The notes under the pieces are model-generated. The model saw nothing but the letters and a program-made list of their open reading frames with translations, searched no databases and was not told the DNA's origin. From Polyangiales bacterium (GTDB taxonomy: Bacteria > Myxococcota_A > Polyangia > Polyangiales > Ga0077539): a stretch of 64,000 bases of DNA. The position numbers and the translations under genes were made by a program. The stretch covers positions 736,001-800,000 of the forward strand of contig JBGARZ010000001.1 in assembly GCA_044229975.1 (NCBI GenBank), read 5' to 3'. Below are positions 19,027-31,212 of the stretch, piece by piece (position 1 is the first letter of the stretch; each line of letters opens with the position of its first letter).

Positions 19027-20307
19027 TCAGCCCTTCGGCCAGGTGAAGCGGAAGCTCGCCCCGCGGCCCTCTTCCGACTCCAGCCACGCCGTCCCGCCGC
19101 CCGCCGTGACGATTCTCCGCACCACCGCGAGGCCCACACCGGTCCCCTCGATGCCGTCGCGCGAAGCAGTCTGAAACATCCCCCACACCCGCTCGTGCGC
19201 GCTCGGTGCGATGCCCGGCCCCTCGTCCGTGATCGCGAACTCCCACCACTCGCCCACGTCGCGCGCCGTCACGGTGACCCGCGCCCTCTGCCCCGGCCGA
19301 ACGCCGTGCTTCAGCGCGTTGCCGATGAGGTTGAGAAACACCCGCTGCAACGGAACCCTCGCCGTCCGCAACACGGGCATGCCCTCGCGCACGCTCACCG
19401 ACCCGGCGTTGGCCGCCGACGTCAGCATCCCCGCGACCTCCACGACCAGCGCCCAGACGTCGACCTCCTCGTCGCCGTCGCCCTGCTGCCGCGCGCGCGA
19501 GTAGCTGAGGATGCCCTCGACCAGCTCTTCCAGTCCCTTCACGCGACGACGCAACATCATCAGGTGCCCGCGCACCTCCGCCGGGAGGTCGTCGCTGAGG
19601 TCTTCCGCCACGCAGTCGGCGAGCACGGCGACGTTGCGCAGCGGCGCCCGCAGGTCGTGCGACGTGACGTACGCGAAGCGATCGAGCTCGGCGTTGGTGT
19701 GCTCCAGCGCAGCGATGAGCTCACCGCGGCGACGGGCTTCTTCCTCGGCCCGCGCGACGGCCCGCTGCGCGTCGCGGTAGAGCAGCGAGTTGTCCACGGC
19801 CACCGCCGTGTGCAGGGCGAAGTCCTCCGCGAGCGCGAGGTCGTCCGGCCCAAACACCCTCCCCGACACGTCCGTCGCGAGCGAGAGCGCGCCGACGATA
19901 CGGTCGCGCACCTTCAACGGAACGATGATGGACGAGCGCATCTGGAGACCGCGCAGCACCCGCAGGTGCTCGGCGTCGAAGGCCGCCCGCACGAGAAACT
20001 CGTCGGTGATCGACGGCACCAGCTCGGCGCGCCCCGTCTGCATCACCCGCGCGACGCCGTAGCGCGGATCGGGCGTGGCCACGTGTCGCGCGACGAGCTG
20101 ACCCGCGAGCTCGCGCAGCGCAGGGTCGACGTGGGCGACCTCCACGCGCCGGGCCTCGCGACCGTCCTCGGAGACGTACACCGCGCAGCCGTCGCAGAGC
20201 GTCGGCACCAGCAGGTGCGCCGCGCGGCGCAGCGTCTCCTCGAAGTCGAGCGACGACACGAGCTCGCGGCTCGCCTCCAGCAGAAACCGCTGCGAGCCGT
20301 CGGTCAT
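19027..20307 (-). CDS. GAF-domain sensor histidine kinase
   Basis: N-terminal GAF domain, H-box FAYVTSHDLRAPL, N-box NLIGNALKH, DEGPGI and GTGVGL. Confidence 0.92.
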   Translation of the reverse strand: MTDGSQRFLLEASRELVSSLDFEETLRRAAHLLVPTLCDGCAVYVSEDGREARRVEVAHVDPALRELAGQLVARHVATPDPRYGVARVMQTGRAELVPSITDEFLVRAAFDAEHLRVLRGLQMRSSIIVPLKVRDRIVGALSLATDVSGRVFGPDDLALAEDFALHTAVAVDNSLLYRDAQRAVARAEEEARRRGELIAALEHTNAELDRFAYVTSHDLRAPLRNVAVLADCVAEDLSDDLPAEVRGHLMMLRRRVKGLEELVEGILSYSRARQQGDGDEEVDVWALVVEVAGMLTSAANAGSVSVREGMPVLRTARVPLQRVFLNLIGNALKHGVRPGQRARVTVTARDVGEWWEFAITDEGPGIAPSAHERVWGMFQTASRDGIEGTGVGLAVVRRIVTAGGGTAWLESEEGRGASFRFTWPKG

Positions 20308-20356
20308 CGGGAGGACCTTCTTGAAGGGATGGAGGACGAGCGGAGGGAGCGAGCGA

Positions 20357-22408
<2,052 letters not shown>

Positions 22409-22505
22409 TACGATGGTCACCCTCTCCTTCGGCGCCCGCCCAGCGCGGGACGCCCTCGCATCGTAGGGTTTTTCGCCGCCCGTGGCCAGACGCGACTACG
22501 CCCGC

Positions 22506-23807
22506 CTACGGACCGTAGAGCGTGATGGCGCTGGCGCCCTGCGCCTGTTCGAGGTCGATGGTCAGGCACGACACGTCGGGCACCACCTGGCGCAGCCGCA
22601 GCTCGAACACCATCCCCGCGGCCATCCGCGTGAGCAGCGTCGGCGCGAAGGCCGTGTACGGCACCGTCACGGTCACCGGCGGCGCGAGGTTGGCGTCGAT
22701 GGAGAACGACGTCACCGCCGTGGTGCCCACCAGCAGATCGAACACCGCGCGCACCATGTTGCGGGGGCAGGTGGTGGTGTCGGACGAGAGGTTCCAGCGG
22801 TTGATGCGGAGCTGGAGACTGACGCCCGTGTACATGCCCTGCGGCACGTCGCGCACACCCAGGAACGACCCCATCGTCGTCGTCGCGCTCGCCGTCGTCG
22901 GGAAGTTCTCCCCCGACATCAAGTGCGGGAAGTACACCGTCCGCGCGACGTCGGTGTTGGTCTGGCACGCGCAGCGGTTGACCGGGCGCAGCGTCGTCGC
23001 AAAGGGCTCGATGCGCGCGGCGTTTTCGCCGACCCACAGCCGGTGCGCGCTGGTGGCCGCGTTGACGTCGAAGCCCGTCACGGCGAAGTACACCACCTCC
23101 CCCCGCCGGAGCGTCGGCGTGGCCGCGAGGTCGAGCGTGGACACCAGCGGCGTGCACGCGACGCCACCGTCCCCGCCGCCGCCGCCGCACGTCGGACAGC
23201 GGGCGGTGTCGCGGCCGTTGCTGAGGTCGTCAGCGCACCCGAGCGGGCTCGCGAGGTCGCCCGCGTTGCAAGACCACATCGCGTAGACGCGGGTGTCGAG
23301 CGTGGTGCAGTGCTGCGTGTTGGTGGTGGCCGTGACGCTGCCGCCCTCGACCACCTGGTAGCGGTAGATGCGCGTCGGCGGCGTGCGGACGTCGTCGCGC
23401 GTGGGGCAGCCCTGGAGCGTGACGCCGCCGTCGGTGGTCACCGTCGGCAGCCCGAGCATGGGCGCGCCCTGGAGGTTGTTGAGCGCCATCGCATAGGCCA
23501 GCGTCGGCGCAGGCTGTCCCCCCGAGCGCGGCGGCGCCACGGGCGGCGTCAACGGAACCGCCGAGACCCCGGTGGCGTTGCACGCTCCGACTCGCAGCGA
23601 ATCCTGGTCGACCACCCCGGCGTCGTTGGGACCGACGCCCTGGTCGGTCGACACGTCCGACGCCTGGACGTCCGGCGCGGTGCCCACGTCGACGCGCGGC
23701 CGATCGACGACCGCCGCGGCGTCGCGACGACGGAGGGCGTCGAGGTCGTAGCTGCAACCGGTGGCGACGACGGCGAGCGCCGCGAGACCGAGACACGCCT
23801 TCGTCAC
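22506..23807 (-). CDS. Cys-rich lipoprotein (PPC-like beta domain)
   Basis: GTG start overlapping the upstream stop, VTKACLGLAALAVVATGC lipobox; LDTRVY...LGCADD...VVYFAVTGF pattern. Confidence 0.7.
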   Translation of the reverse strand: MTKACLGLAALAVVATGCSYDLDALRRRDAAAVVDRPRVDVGTAPDVQASDVSTDQGVGPNDAGVVDQDSLRVGACNATGVSAVPLTPPVAPPRSGGQPAPTLAYAMALNNLQGAPMLGLPTVTTDGGVTLQGCPTRDDVRTPPTRIYRYQVVEGGSVTATTNTQHCTTLDTRVYAMWSCNAGDLASPLGCADDLSNGRDTARCPTCGGGGGDGGVACTPLVSTLDLAATPTLRRGEVVYFAVTGFDVNAATSAHRLWVGENAARIEPFATTLRPVNRCACQTNTDVARTVYFPHLMSGENFPTTASATTTMGSFLGVRDVPQGMYTGVSLQLRINRWNLSSDTTTCPRNMVRAVFDLLVGTTAVTSFSIDANLAPPVTVTVPYTAFAPTLLTRMAAGMVFELRLRQVVPDVSCLTIDLEQAQGASAITLYGP

Positions 23808-24583
23808 AGCGTCCCCTCCCACCCGAGCACGGCCCCGCCCTGCGTCGGAAGCACCGCCAGGCCCCGCAGCACGTCGCGCGCGACGCGCGGCCGGTCGCTG
23901 GTGCGATCGACGACCAGCGCGGTGATGGTGAGCGCCGCGAAGACCCCCGCGGCGACGATCGATCCGTTGACCAGCCCCTGGCGCAACTGCATGTCGCTGA
24001 TGTCCGACTCGTTGCAGCCCGTGGCGCTGCGGGCGCAGCCGCGCGCGAGGTCGTTGTAGCGCTGGTTGGCGAGCAGCCCGATGCCCACGGCGAGCCCGCC
24101 CGACACGACGGTGAGCCCCCCGGCGACCCAGGCGGTCACCTGCCACGGGCGCACCGAGTTGACGACCACGGGCCGCTCGACGACGACCACCTGCGGGGGC
24201 GGGGGAGCGACGGGCGGCGGCTCGTAGTTCTGGTGCTGGATCTCGACGTCGATGATGCGGATGCGCCCCTCGACCTCGGCCCGATCGGGCGCGTCGGAGA
24301 CGGCGTCGAGGTAGCGCTGGAGGGCCGAGCGGGCCTCATCCCACCGGTGCAAGCGCTCGTAGGTGGTGCCGATGTTGTAGAGGAGCTGCGCGCGCCGCGA
24401 GAGGGCGTAGGCGCGCTCGAACTCGGTCACGGCGGAGGCGAAGTCACCGCGGGAGAAGGCGTCGCGCCCGGCGGTGAAGTGGGTCCTCGCTTCGGCGTCG
24501 CGGTTGGGGTCGGCGGGCTGCGCGGACGCGACCATCGGGCACAGCGTCGCGGCGACGAGGGCGGTGGCGAAGGGGCGGCGCAT
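23804..24583 (-). CDS. Secreted TPR protein with C-terminal membrane segments
   Basis: EARTHFTAGRDAFSRGDFASAVTEFERAY...LLYNIG TPR, a common myxobacterial architecture. Confidence 0.82.
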   Translation of the reverse strand: MRRPFATALVAATLCPMVASAQPADPNRDAEARTHFTAGRDAFSRGDFASAVTEFERAYALSRRAQLLYNIGTTYERLHRWDEARSALQRYLDAVSDAPDRAEVEGRIRIIDVEIQHQNYEPPPVAPPPPQVVVVERPVVVNSVRPWQVTAWVAGGLTVVSGGLAVGIGLLANQRYNDLARGCARSATGCNESDISDMQLRQGLVNGSIVAAGVFAALTITALVVDRTSDRPRVARDVLRGLAVLPTQGGAVLGWEGTL

Positions 24584-24632
24584 GGCGCGCGGACTATACC
24601 GTCACGGCGCCGCGGACCAACAACAACCGCGC

Positions 24633-25727
24633 TCAACCCTGGCGTTGTGAGATGCGCTCTAGCAGTCGGGTGCGGGCGAGCGGCGGGAGGAAGGGGGTCA
24701 CGTCGCCGCCGAAGCTGGCGACCTCCTTCACGAGCGAGGAGCTCACGTAGAAGTACTCCTGCGCCGTCATGAGAAACACCGTCTCGACCCCGGGCGCGAG
24801 GTGGTGGTTCATGCACGCCATCTGGAACTCGTACTCGAAATCGCCGACCGCGCGCAGCCCGCGGATGATGGCCGTGGCGCCGCGCTTCTTGGCGTAGTCG
24901 ACGAGGAGCCCGTCGATGCGGTCGATCTCCACGCGGGGGTCGTCGGCGAGGATGGCGCGCAGCATCTCGACGCGCTCGTCGGCGGTGAAGAGCGACGCCT
25001 TGCGGGGGTTGCTGGCGACGGCGACGACGAGGCGATCGCAGAGGGCGGCGCCGCGGCGGATGATGTCGACGTGCCCGTTGGTGGGCGGGTCGAAGGAGCC
25101 GGCGTAGACGGCCACGCGCGCGGGCTTCGCTTCGGCCACGGGCTCCGGGTCGGGCTTCGCTTCGGTCGCGGACTTCGGGGAGTAGAGGCTCACGGAGGTG
25201 TCACCGTACGCGCGGGTGTCGGGCGGTCCGAGCGCCGCCGCGAGGGCGGTCGGGAGCGTGACGGTCTCCTTCGAGGCGTGCTCGACGACGACGACGGCGT
25301 CGGGCGCGAGGAGGTCTTCCTTCACCAGGACGGTGAGGGCCTCGCGTTCGAGGTGATGACCGTAGGGAGGGTCGATGAAGACGAGGTCGTACGGCCCGCC
25401 GCCGCGCTTCAGCGCGCGACGAACGTCACGCAGCACGACGGAGTAGAGGGCCGGGTCGCACTCGAGCTCCTGGAGGTTGGTCTCGACGGTCTGACAGAGG
25501 CCGCGGTCGCACTCGACGAAGGTCGCGTGGGCGGCGCCGCGCGAGAGGGCCTCGATGCCGAGGGCGCCGGTGCCTGCGAAGAGGTCGAGCACGCGGGCGC
25601 CGTCGATGCGCGACGAGACGATGTTGAAGACGGCCTCGCGCACACGATCGCTGGTGGGCCGGGTCTCCGCGCCCCGAGGTGGGCCGAGGAGACGACGGCC
25701 ACGCCAGGTTCCGCCGATGACGCGCAT
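24633..25727 (-). CDS. rsmD-coaD: Fused 16S rRNA m2G966 methyltransferase RsmD and phosphopantetheine adenylyltransferase CoaD
   Basis: MRVIGGTWRGRRL...RPTSDRVREAVFN...LDLFAGTGALGIEALSRGA...DPPY continues with no stop into VYAGSFDPPTNGHVDII...IRGLRAVGDFEYE...VSSSLVKE. Confidence 0.9.
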   Translation of the reverse strand: MRVIGGTWRGRRLLGPPRGAETRPTSDRVREAVFNIVSSRIDGARVLDLFAGTGALGIEALSRGAAHATFVECDRGLCQTVETNLQELECDPALYSVVLRDVRRALKRGGGPYDLVFIDPPYGHHLEREALTVLVKEDLLAPDAVVVVEHASKETVTLPTALAAALGPPDTRAYGDTSVSLYSPKSATEAKPDPEPVAEAKPARVAVYAGSFDPPTNGHVDIIRRGAALCDRLVVAVASNPRKASLFTADERVEMLRAILADDPRVEIDRIDGLLVDYAKKRGATAIIRGLRAVGDFEYEFQMACMNHHLAPGVETVFLMTAQEYFYVSSSLVKEVASFGGDVTPFLPPLARTRLLERISQRQG

Positions 25728-25743
25728 GGAGGGGGACGAACGC

Positions 25744-26814
25744 TCAGAAGGTGTACGAGAGCGACATGCCGTTGGTGGCGCCGATGATGGGCGCCACGTT
25801 GATGCGCGCCGAGGCGGGCAACGGCTGCGGGGTGGCGGGCGTCTCGGTGCGCGGGCGATCGACGACGATGAGCACCGCGCCGGCGACGGCGAGGACGGCG
25901 CCGCCGATGCCGAGCCCGAGGGCCAGCGAACGGGCGGTGCTGTTGGACGAGCAGAGGTCGCGCACCTGCGCGGCGTCGGCGCCCGAGCGCTGCTGGGCAA
26001 GGTCGCAGACCTCGCTGGCCGAACGGGTGCGGGCGTAGTTTTCGTTGGCCTGGAAGCGCGACCACGCGCCGTAGGGCTCGGCCGAGAGCGGCGTGGACTC
26101 GGTGGCGCTGCTCGACTGGCCCGACGAGATGACGGCCTCGACGATGCCGACGATGCCGAGCGCGGCGCCGACGCCGAGGGCGCCGAAGCCGATGTAGCGG
26201 AGCACCGGCGTGCGCGGGGGCGGCGGGCGCTCGATGACGACCTGCTGCACCTGAAGCGCCGGAAACGACGGGTTGGGGTTGACCGCCGGGTTGGTCGGCG
26301 TGACGGGCGCCGGGCGGTCGTTGGTGGAGATCTCGCCGAGGGCGCGGGTGGCGACGCCCTGGAGCTCGGTGGCGTTGGTGGCCTGGGCGCGCGTGAGCAC
26401 CTGGGAGAAGCGGTGCACCTCGCGGCGCGTGCCGTCGTCCCAGAGGCTGATCTCCACGTTGAGGGAGGCGTTGCGGCCGCGGCCGATGCGGGTGATCGAC
26501 CCGTAGATGACCTTCGGCGCGTGGATGTCATCGGCCACGAGGTGGAGACAGTCCGGGCCCGTCGACGAGCACCCGGCGACCGCCATCTCCTGCTCCATGG
26601 CGGGGGAGTTCTCCGGAACCTCGTAGCCAGCGGCGCGGGCCGCTGCGCGGAGCTGCACGCTGAGCTGCGTGGCGATCTCGTCGTCACCGTCAGGCGCGCG
26701 GAGACCGAGGACGTGGGCAGCGCCGTGGTTGGTGGTCTGCGCGGCGGCGAGGCTGCTGGAGAGGGAGAGGCCGATGGCGAGACCGAGGCCGAGACGAAGC
26801 GGTGACGGGCGCAT
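25744..26814 (-). CDS. Secreted/membrane hypothetical protein
   Basis: Signal peptide MRPSPLRLGLGLAIGLSLSSSLAAA and two C-terminal hydrophobic helices. Confidence 0.72.
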   Translation of the reverse strand: MRPSPLRLGLGLAIGLSLSSSLAAAQTTNHGAAHVLGLRAPDGDDEIATQLSVQLRAAARAAGYEVPENSPAMEQEMAVAGCSSTGPDCLHLVADDIHAPKVIYGSITRIGRGRNASLNVEISLWDDGTRREVHRFSQVLTRAQATNATELQGVATRALGEISTNDRPAPVTPTNPAVNPNPSFPALQVQQVVIERPPPPRTPVLRYIGFGALGVGAALGIVGIVEAVISSGQSSSATESTPLSAEPYGAWSRFQANENYARTRSASEVCDLAQQRSGADAAQVRDLCSSNSTARSLALGLGIGGAVLAVAGAVLIVVDRPRTETPATPQPLPASARINVAPIIGATNGMSLSYTF

Positions 26815-26963
26815 GCGGGACTCCTTCACGGGGCGTAGAGAGGGCGACCAGGCGATGGTCGTCCAGACGTTGGGGCGGATCATAGAAGACCCTCCGGGGA
26901 GAACGGAAGGGAATCCTCGGCGCAGGGTTGACGGACGCCCGCCGCGACGGGAGTGATGCGCCC

Positions 26964-27824
26964 GTGAGCGACCCATGGACCATCGGCCGGGTGTCCGCCT
27001 GGACCGCAAAAGACCTCGCGGGCCGAGGCATCGAGGGGGCGCGGCTCGACGCCGAGCTCATCGTCGCCCACGCCCTCAAGATCCGCCGCCTCGACGTGTA
27101 CCTGCGCTTCGAGCAGCCGCTGACCGAGCCCGAGCTCGCCACCATCCGCGCGCTCCTGGAGCGTCGCCGCAAGCGCGAGCCCATGGCGTACATCCTCGGC
27201 GAGCGGCACTTCTACAACCGCACCTTCAAGACCGACGCGCGGGCGCTGGTCCCGCGGCCCGAGACCGAGCTGCTCATCGAGGCGGCGCTGGAGCGCTTGA
27301 AGGCGCGCGGTGAGGCTACGCTGCGCGTGCTCGACCTCGGCACCGGAACCGGCGCCATCGCCATCACCCTCGCCCTGGAGTGCCCGAACGCCACCGTGGA
27401 CGCCGTCGACCTGAGCGAAGCGGCCCTCTCGCTCGCCCGCGAAAACGTCGCCCTCCACGGCCTCGAAGCCCGCGTCACGCTCCACCACGGCAGCCTCTTC
27501 AAGCCCGTCGGCGACGCCCGCTACGACCTCATCGCGAGCAACCCCCCGTACATCCCGACGGCGGAGTGCGACGAGCTCATGCCCGACGTCGCCCACTTCG
27601 AGCCCCGCCTCGCCCTCGACGGCGGCCCCGACGGGACCCTCATCCTCCGATCCCTCGTCATGGGAGCTCCCGCGCACCTGCTTCCGGGCGGTTCGCTCGT
27701 CGTCGAGCTCGGCCACGACCAGGGCCCCGCCGCCAAGGTCATCGCCGAGTCGGCCGGCTTCTCCACCATCGGAGTGATCCTCGACTACGCCCGCCTCGAT
27801 CGGGTGCTCACCGCTGACAAGTGA
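26964..27824 (+). CDS. prmC: Release factor glutamine methyltransferase
   Basis: EPMAYILG, LVPRPETE, VLDLGTGTGAIA, SNPPYI and EPRLALDGGPDG. Confidence 0.95.
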   Translation: MSDPWTIGRVSAWTAKDLAGRGIEGARLDAELIVAHALKIRRLDVYLRFEQPLTEPELATIRALLERRRKREPMAYILGERHFYNRTFKTDARALVPRPETELLIEAALERLKARGEATLRVLDLGTGTGAIAITLALECPNATVDAVDLSEAALSLARENVALHGLEARVTLHHGSLFKPVGDARYDLIASNPPYIPTAECDELMPDVAHFEPRLALDGGPDGTLILRSLVMGAPAHLLPGGSLVVELGHDQGPAAKVIAESAGFSTIGVILDYARLDRVLTADK

Positions 27825-27864
27825 CAAGTACTACTTGACGCTCAACGCTTACAGCCGCTAGAGA
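27825..27864 (+). promoter_or_regulatory. Palindrome CAAGTA-C-TACTTG overlapping a TTGACG -35 element
   Basis: Perfect inverted repeat at 27825-27837, TTGACG at 27835-27840 and TAGAGA 18 nt later; upstream of the reductase-MerR-diiron operon. Confidence 0.5.
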
Positions 27865-27893
27865 CGGTAGGCGAGCACGCTGGAGGTTTGTCG

Positions 27894-29093
27894 ATGGCCT
27901 TGAAGTCCTCATGGCTCGACCGCGCCCGCGGTCTGGTCCCTGATCGATGGTTGCGTGACGCCAAGATGGTCGTCGACGGCCTCGCGGGTCGGTCGCCGCC
28001 GCCGTTCTCGTCGCGTCCCGGTGGGCAGTCGCCCGCGACGCCGACCCCGTCCGCGGTGCTGGCCGGTGCTCGTCCGATGAAGGTCGTCACTGTCACCCGT
28101 GAGACCCACGACGTGGTCTCGCTCACCCTCGTCGATCCGCGCGGTGAGGCCATCGCCTACCGACCGGGGCAGTTCTTCACCTTCGCGGTGCGGATCAATG
28201 GTGAGCTGCTGCGACGCGCCTACTCCGCTTCGCTGCCCATGGAAGCGGCGACGCCCGCGGGGTCGGTTCGTCTGACCATCAAGCGCGTCACCGGTGGTCG
28301 GGTGAGCAACCACCTCGTCGATCACGCGGCCGTGGGCGACACCCTCGACGTCTTTGGTCCGTCGGGCAGCTTCGTCGTCGACACGCCCCCGAAGACCCTG
28401 GTGCTGCTCGCAGGCGGATCGGGCGTCACGCCGCTCCACGCCATCGCCATGGACGTCCTCACCCGTCATCCCGAGACGCGCATCGTGTTCGTGGTGGGCA
28501 ATCGCTCCCATGAGGACATCATCTTCCACGACGAGCTCAACGCCCTGGTCGAGCGCTTCCCCGCGCAGCTCTCGTTGCGACTGGTGCTGAGCGTTCCGCC
28601 GGAGGAGTGGGCGGGCGGTGTCGGCATTCTCGACGCGGCGACCACGGTGCGCGAGCTCGGAGCGCTGGAGGGCGACGTCGACGCCTACGTCTGCGGGCCG
28701 ACCCCGATGATGGACGCCGGGCGCGAGGCCCTGCTCTCCCTCGGCGTCGCGGCCGAGCGCATTCGCGAGGAGCGCTTCTCTTCACCGACCAACGCTCCAG
28801 CGACCGACCGCCCTCGCGGCGACGTGGCGGTGACGGCGGTGGTCGGAGGCAAGCGCTACTCGGTGGTCAACCGTTCCAACGAGACGGTGCTGGAGTCGGC
28901 GCTGGGGGCAGGCGTTCCGATGCCGTATTCGTGCACGATGGGCGGATGCGGGGCGTGTCGGGTGAAGCTCCTCGAAGGTGAGATGGTGATGGAGGAGCCC
29001 AATTGCCTGACGCCGCAGGAGCGGGCCGACGGGTACATGCTCATCTGCATCGGCCGGGCGACGAGGGCCGCGGTGCTGGAGTCGGCGCCGTGA
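27894..29093 (+). CDS. Ferredoxin-NAD(P)H reductase (FAD/NAD-binding plus C-terminal 2Fe-2S; PaaE/KshB-like)
   Basis: RAYS, GRVSNHL, AGGSGVTP, YVCGPTPMM and CTMGGCGAC...LICI. Confidence 0.92.
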   Translation: MALKSSWLDRARGLVPDRWLRDAKMVVDGLAGRSPPPFSSRPGGQSPATPTPSAVLAGARPMKVVTVTRETHDVVSLTLVDPRGEAIAYRPGQFFTFAVRINGELLRRAYSASLPMEAATPAGSVRLTIKRVTGGRVSNHLVDHAAVGDTLDVFGPSGSFVVDTPPKTLVLLAGGSGVTPLHAIAMDVLTRHPETRIVFVVGNRSHEDIIFHDELNALVERFPAQLSLRLVLSVPPEEWAGGVGILDAATTVRELGALEGDVDAYVCGPTPMMDAGREALLSLGVAAERIREERFSSPTNAPATDRPRGDVAVTAVVGGKRYSVVNRSNETVLESALGAGVPMPYSCTMGGCGACRVKLLEGEMVMEEPNCLTPQERADGYMLICIGRATRAAVLESAP

Positions 29094-29833
29094 CGAAGGG
29101 CGACGGGGAGGGCGTCGACCGGGAGAAGTATCCGTATCGAATGAAGGAGCTGTGCGAGAAGACGGGAGTGCCCCGGCAGGTGGTGCACTTCTACGTGCAG
29201 CAGGGCCTCGTGCCCGAAGGCTACAAGACCAGCCGCAACATGGCCTGGTACGGCGACGAGCACGTCGAGCGCATCCGGCTCGTGCGACAGCTCCAGCACG
29301 AGCGCTTCCTGCCGCTCAAGGCCATCCGCGCGATGCTGGAGCAGCGCGACGAGGTGTTCTCTCCGTCGCAACGGATGTTGCTGGGCGAGGTGAAGGCGCG
29401 GCTGCGCGGGCGCAGCGTGGTGCCGTCGGGCGACCGTCCCGACACGGTGGCGGCGGACGAGCTCTGCACCCGCGCGGGCGTGACGCCGAGCGACTTCGGC
29501 GAGATCGCCGACCTCGGGCTCTTTGCGGTGTTGGAAGAGGGCGGCCGACGGCTCATCGCGCGCGACGACGCGTGGATGATCGAGCTGTGGGGCGAGCTCC
29601 AGGCGGTGGGCTTCACGCGGGAGCGCGGGTTCACCCCGGCGGATCTGGCGATCTACGACGAGGCCATCACGCAGCTCTTCGACCGTCAGGCGCGGCTGAT
29701 GGCGGGGCGGGTCGCGCAGATGCCGGCGGACGAGGCGGCGCGGATGCTGGAGCAGGGTTTACCGCTGGTGGGGATGCTGTTGTCACGGCTGCATTTGACG
29801 AAGGCGAGAAACTTCTTCGCGGCGATGGGCTGA
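29090..29833 (+). CDS. MerR-family transcriptional regulator
   Basis: YRMKELCEKTGVPRQVVHFYVQQGLVP...FLPLKAIR HTH; GTGA overlap with the reductase gene. Confidence 0.88.
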   Translation: MTKGDGEGVDREKYPYRMKELCEKTGVPRQVVHFYVQQGLVPEGYKTSRNMAWYGDEHVERIRLVRQLQHERFLPLKAIRAMLEQRDEVFSPSQRMLLGEVKARLRGRSVVPSGDRPDTVAADELCTRAGVTPSDFGEIADLGLFAVLEEGGRRLIARDDAWMIELWGELQAVGFTRERGFTPADLAIYDEAITQLFDRQARLMAGRVAQMPADEAARMLEQGLPLVGMLLSRLHLTKARNFFAAMG

Positions 29834-29856
29834 ACGGACACTGGAGGCCAACGACG

Positions 29857-31035
29857 ATGATGTTCAATGAACGGCTGGTGAATCTCCTTCCGGGTCGGAT
29901 GCGCAATCAGGTCTCGCAGTGGTTCGAGGCGGCGGAGATCTTCGGCGAGATGCGCGACCCGAAGGTGCTCGCGGCCATCGGCCCGGCGGGCGTGCGGGGG
30001 TTGTTGTTCCAACGCGGCAAGCAGGGCGTCCCGACGCAGATGCCAGCCTCGCACCGGGCCCACTTCGACTGGAAGTACCCACACGACAACGCCGAGATGG
30101 CCGACCTCTACCGCCGCGCCAAGGAGGGCCAGTGGAACGGTGACTCCCTCCCCTGGCACATCGACGTCGACCCGCTCAACCCGGAGGTCCCGCTCATCCC
30201 GGAGGACTTCATCGACTTCGCGAAGCTGCGCTCGCTGGGCGTCGACCTCGGCGCGACCGACCAGATGAAGCTGCGCGCGTCGCTCGCTGCATGGATGTTG
30301 AGTCAATTTCTGCATGGTGAGCAGGGCGCCCTCTTCGCGGCGGCGCAGGTGACCGAGGCGGTGCAGTTCTTCGACGGGAAGATGTACGGCAGCACGCAGG
30401 TCATGGACGAGGGCCGCCACGTCGAGGTCTTCAATCGGTACATCGATACGAAGCTCAACAAGCTCTATCAGATCAACGACAACCTCTATGTGGTCATCGA
30501 CTCATTGATGACCGATGGCCGTTGGGACATGAAGTTCCTGGGGATGCAGATCATGGTGGAGGGACTGGCGCTCGGGGCCTTCGGCGTCCTTTACAAGCAG
30601 ACCCGCGAGCCCCTCCTCAAAGAACTCCTCCGCAACGTCATCCAGGACGAGGCCCGGCATGTCCACTACGGGGTCGTCGCGCTGCGCGAACACTTCCGCG
30701 ACCACCTCACCGACCGCGAGCGCAACGAGCGCGAGGACTGGGCCTACGAGGTGGCGCTGCTGATGCGCAACCGCTTCATGGGCTTCGAGGTCTACGACGA
30801 GTGGTTCACCCACCGGCTCACGCGGGCACAGTGGCGGGACTTCGTGGTCAGCTCCGCCGGGATGGCCGAGTTCCGCCATGTGATGTTCCGGCGGCTCATC
30901 CCCAACCTGCGCGCGATCGGGCTGATGTCCCCGCGCATCCTGCCGCACTACGAGCGCGCGGGGCTGATGCGCTACTACGAGGGCCGTTCGGCCGACCAGC
31001 TCACGGGCGAGCAGATCCTCGCCGACCTGCACTGA
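29857..31035 (+). CDS. Ferritin-like diiron oxygenase (AurF-like)
   Basis: FLHGEQGAL, MDEGRH, VEGLAL and QDEARH diiron ligand pattern; RBS GGAGG. Confidence 0.82.
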   Translation: MMFNERLVNLLPGRMRNQVSQWFEAAEIFGEMRDPKVLAAIGPAGVRGLLFQRGKQGVPTQMPASHRAHFDWKYPHDNAEMADLYRRAKEGQWNGDSLPWHIDVDPLNPEVPLIPEDFIDFAKLRSLGVDLGATDQMKLRASLAAWMLSQFLHGEQGALFAAAQVTEAVQFFDGKMYGSTQVMDEGRHVEVFNRYIDTKLNKLYQINDNLYVVIDSLMTDGRWDMKFLGMQIMVEGLALGAFGVLYKQTREPLLKELLRNVIQDEARHVHYGVVALREHFRDHLTDRERNEREDWAYEVALLMRNRFMGFEVYDEWFTHRLTRAQWRDFVVSSAGMAEFRHVMFRRLIPNLRAIGLMSPRILPHYERAGLMRYYEGRSADQLTGEQILADLH

Positions 31036-31212
31036 CGCCACACCTGTTCATCCCCGACACGGTGACTGTCCACTCCGGGACACGACCGGGGGTGTCCGCC
31101 GCGGTTCACGGTATGACCCCGATGTCAGGGGACCCGACGCCGCAGCGCATCGTTCGTGCGACGAGGCCGCTAGCACTTCTCACGGAACCTTCACCTCCGA
31201 TCGTGGTCGCAG

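Noticed and set aside
25728..26687. N-terminal extension of the RsmD-CoaD ORF to 684 aa
   Set aside because: Out-of-frame overlap with 25744..26814; the canonical RsmD start MRVIGG is at 25727.
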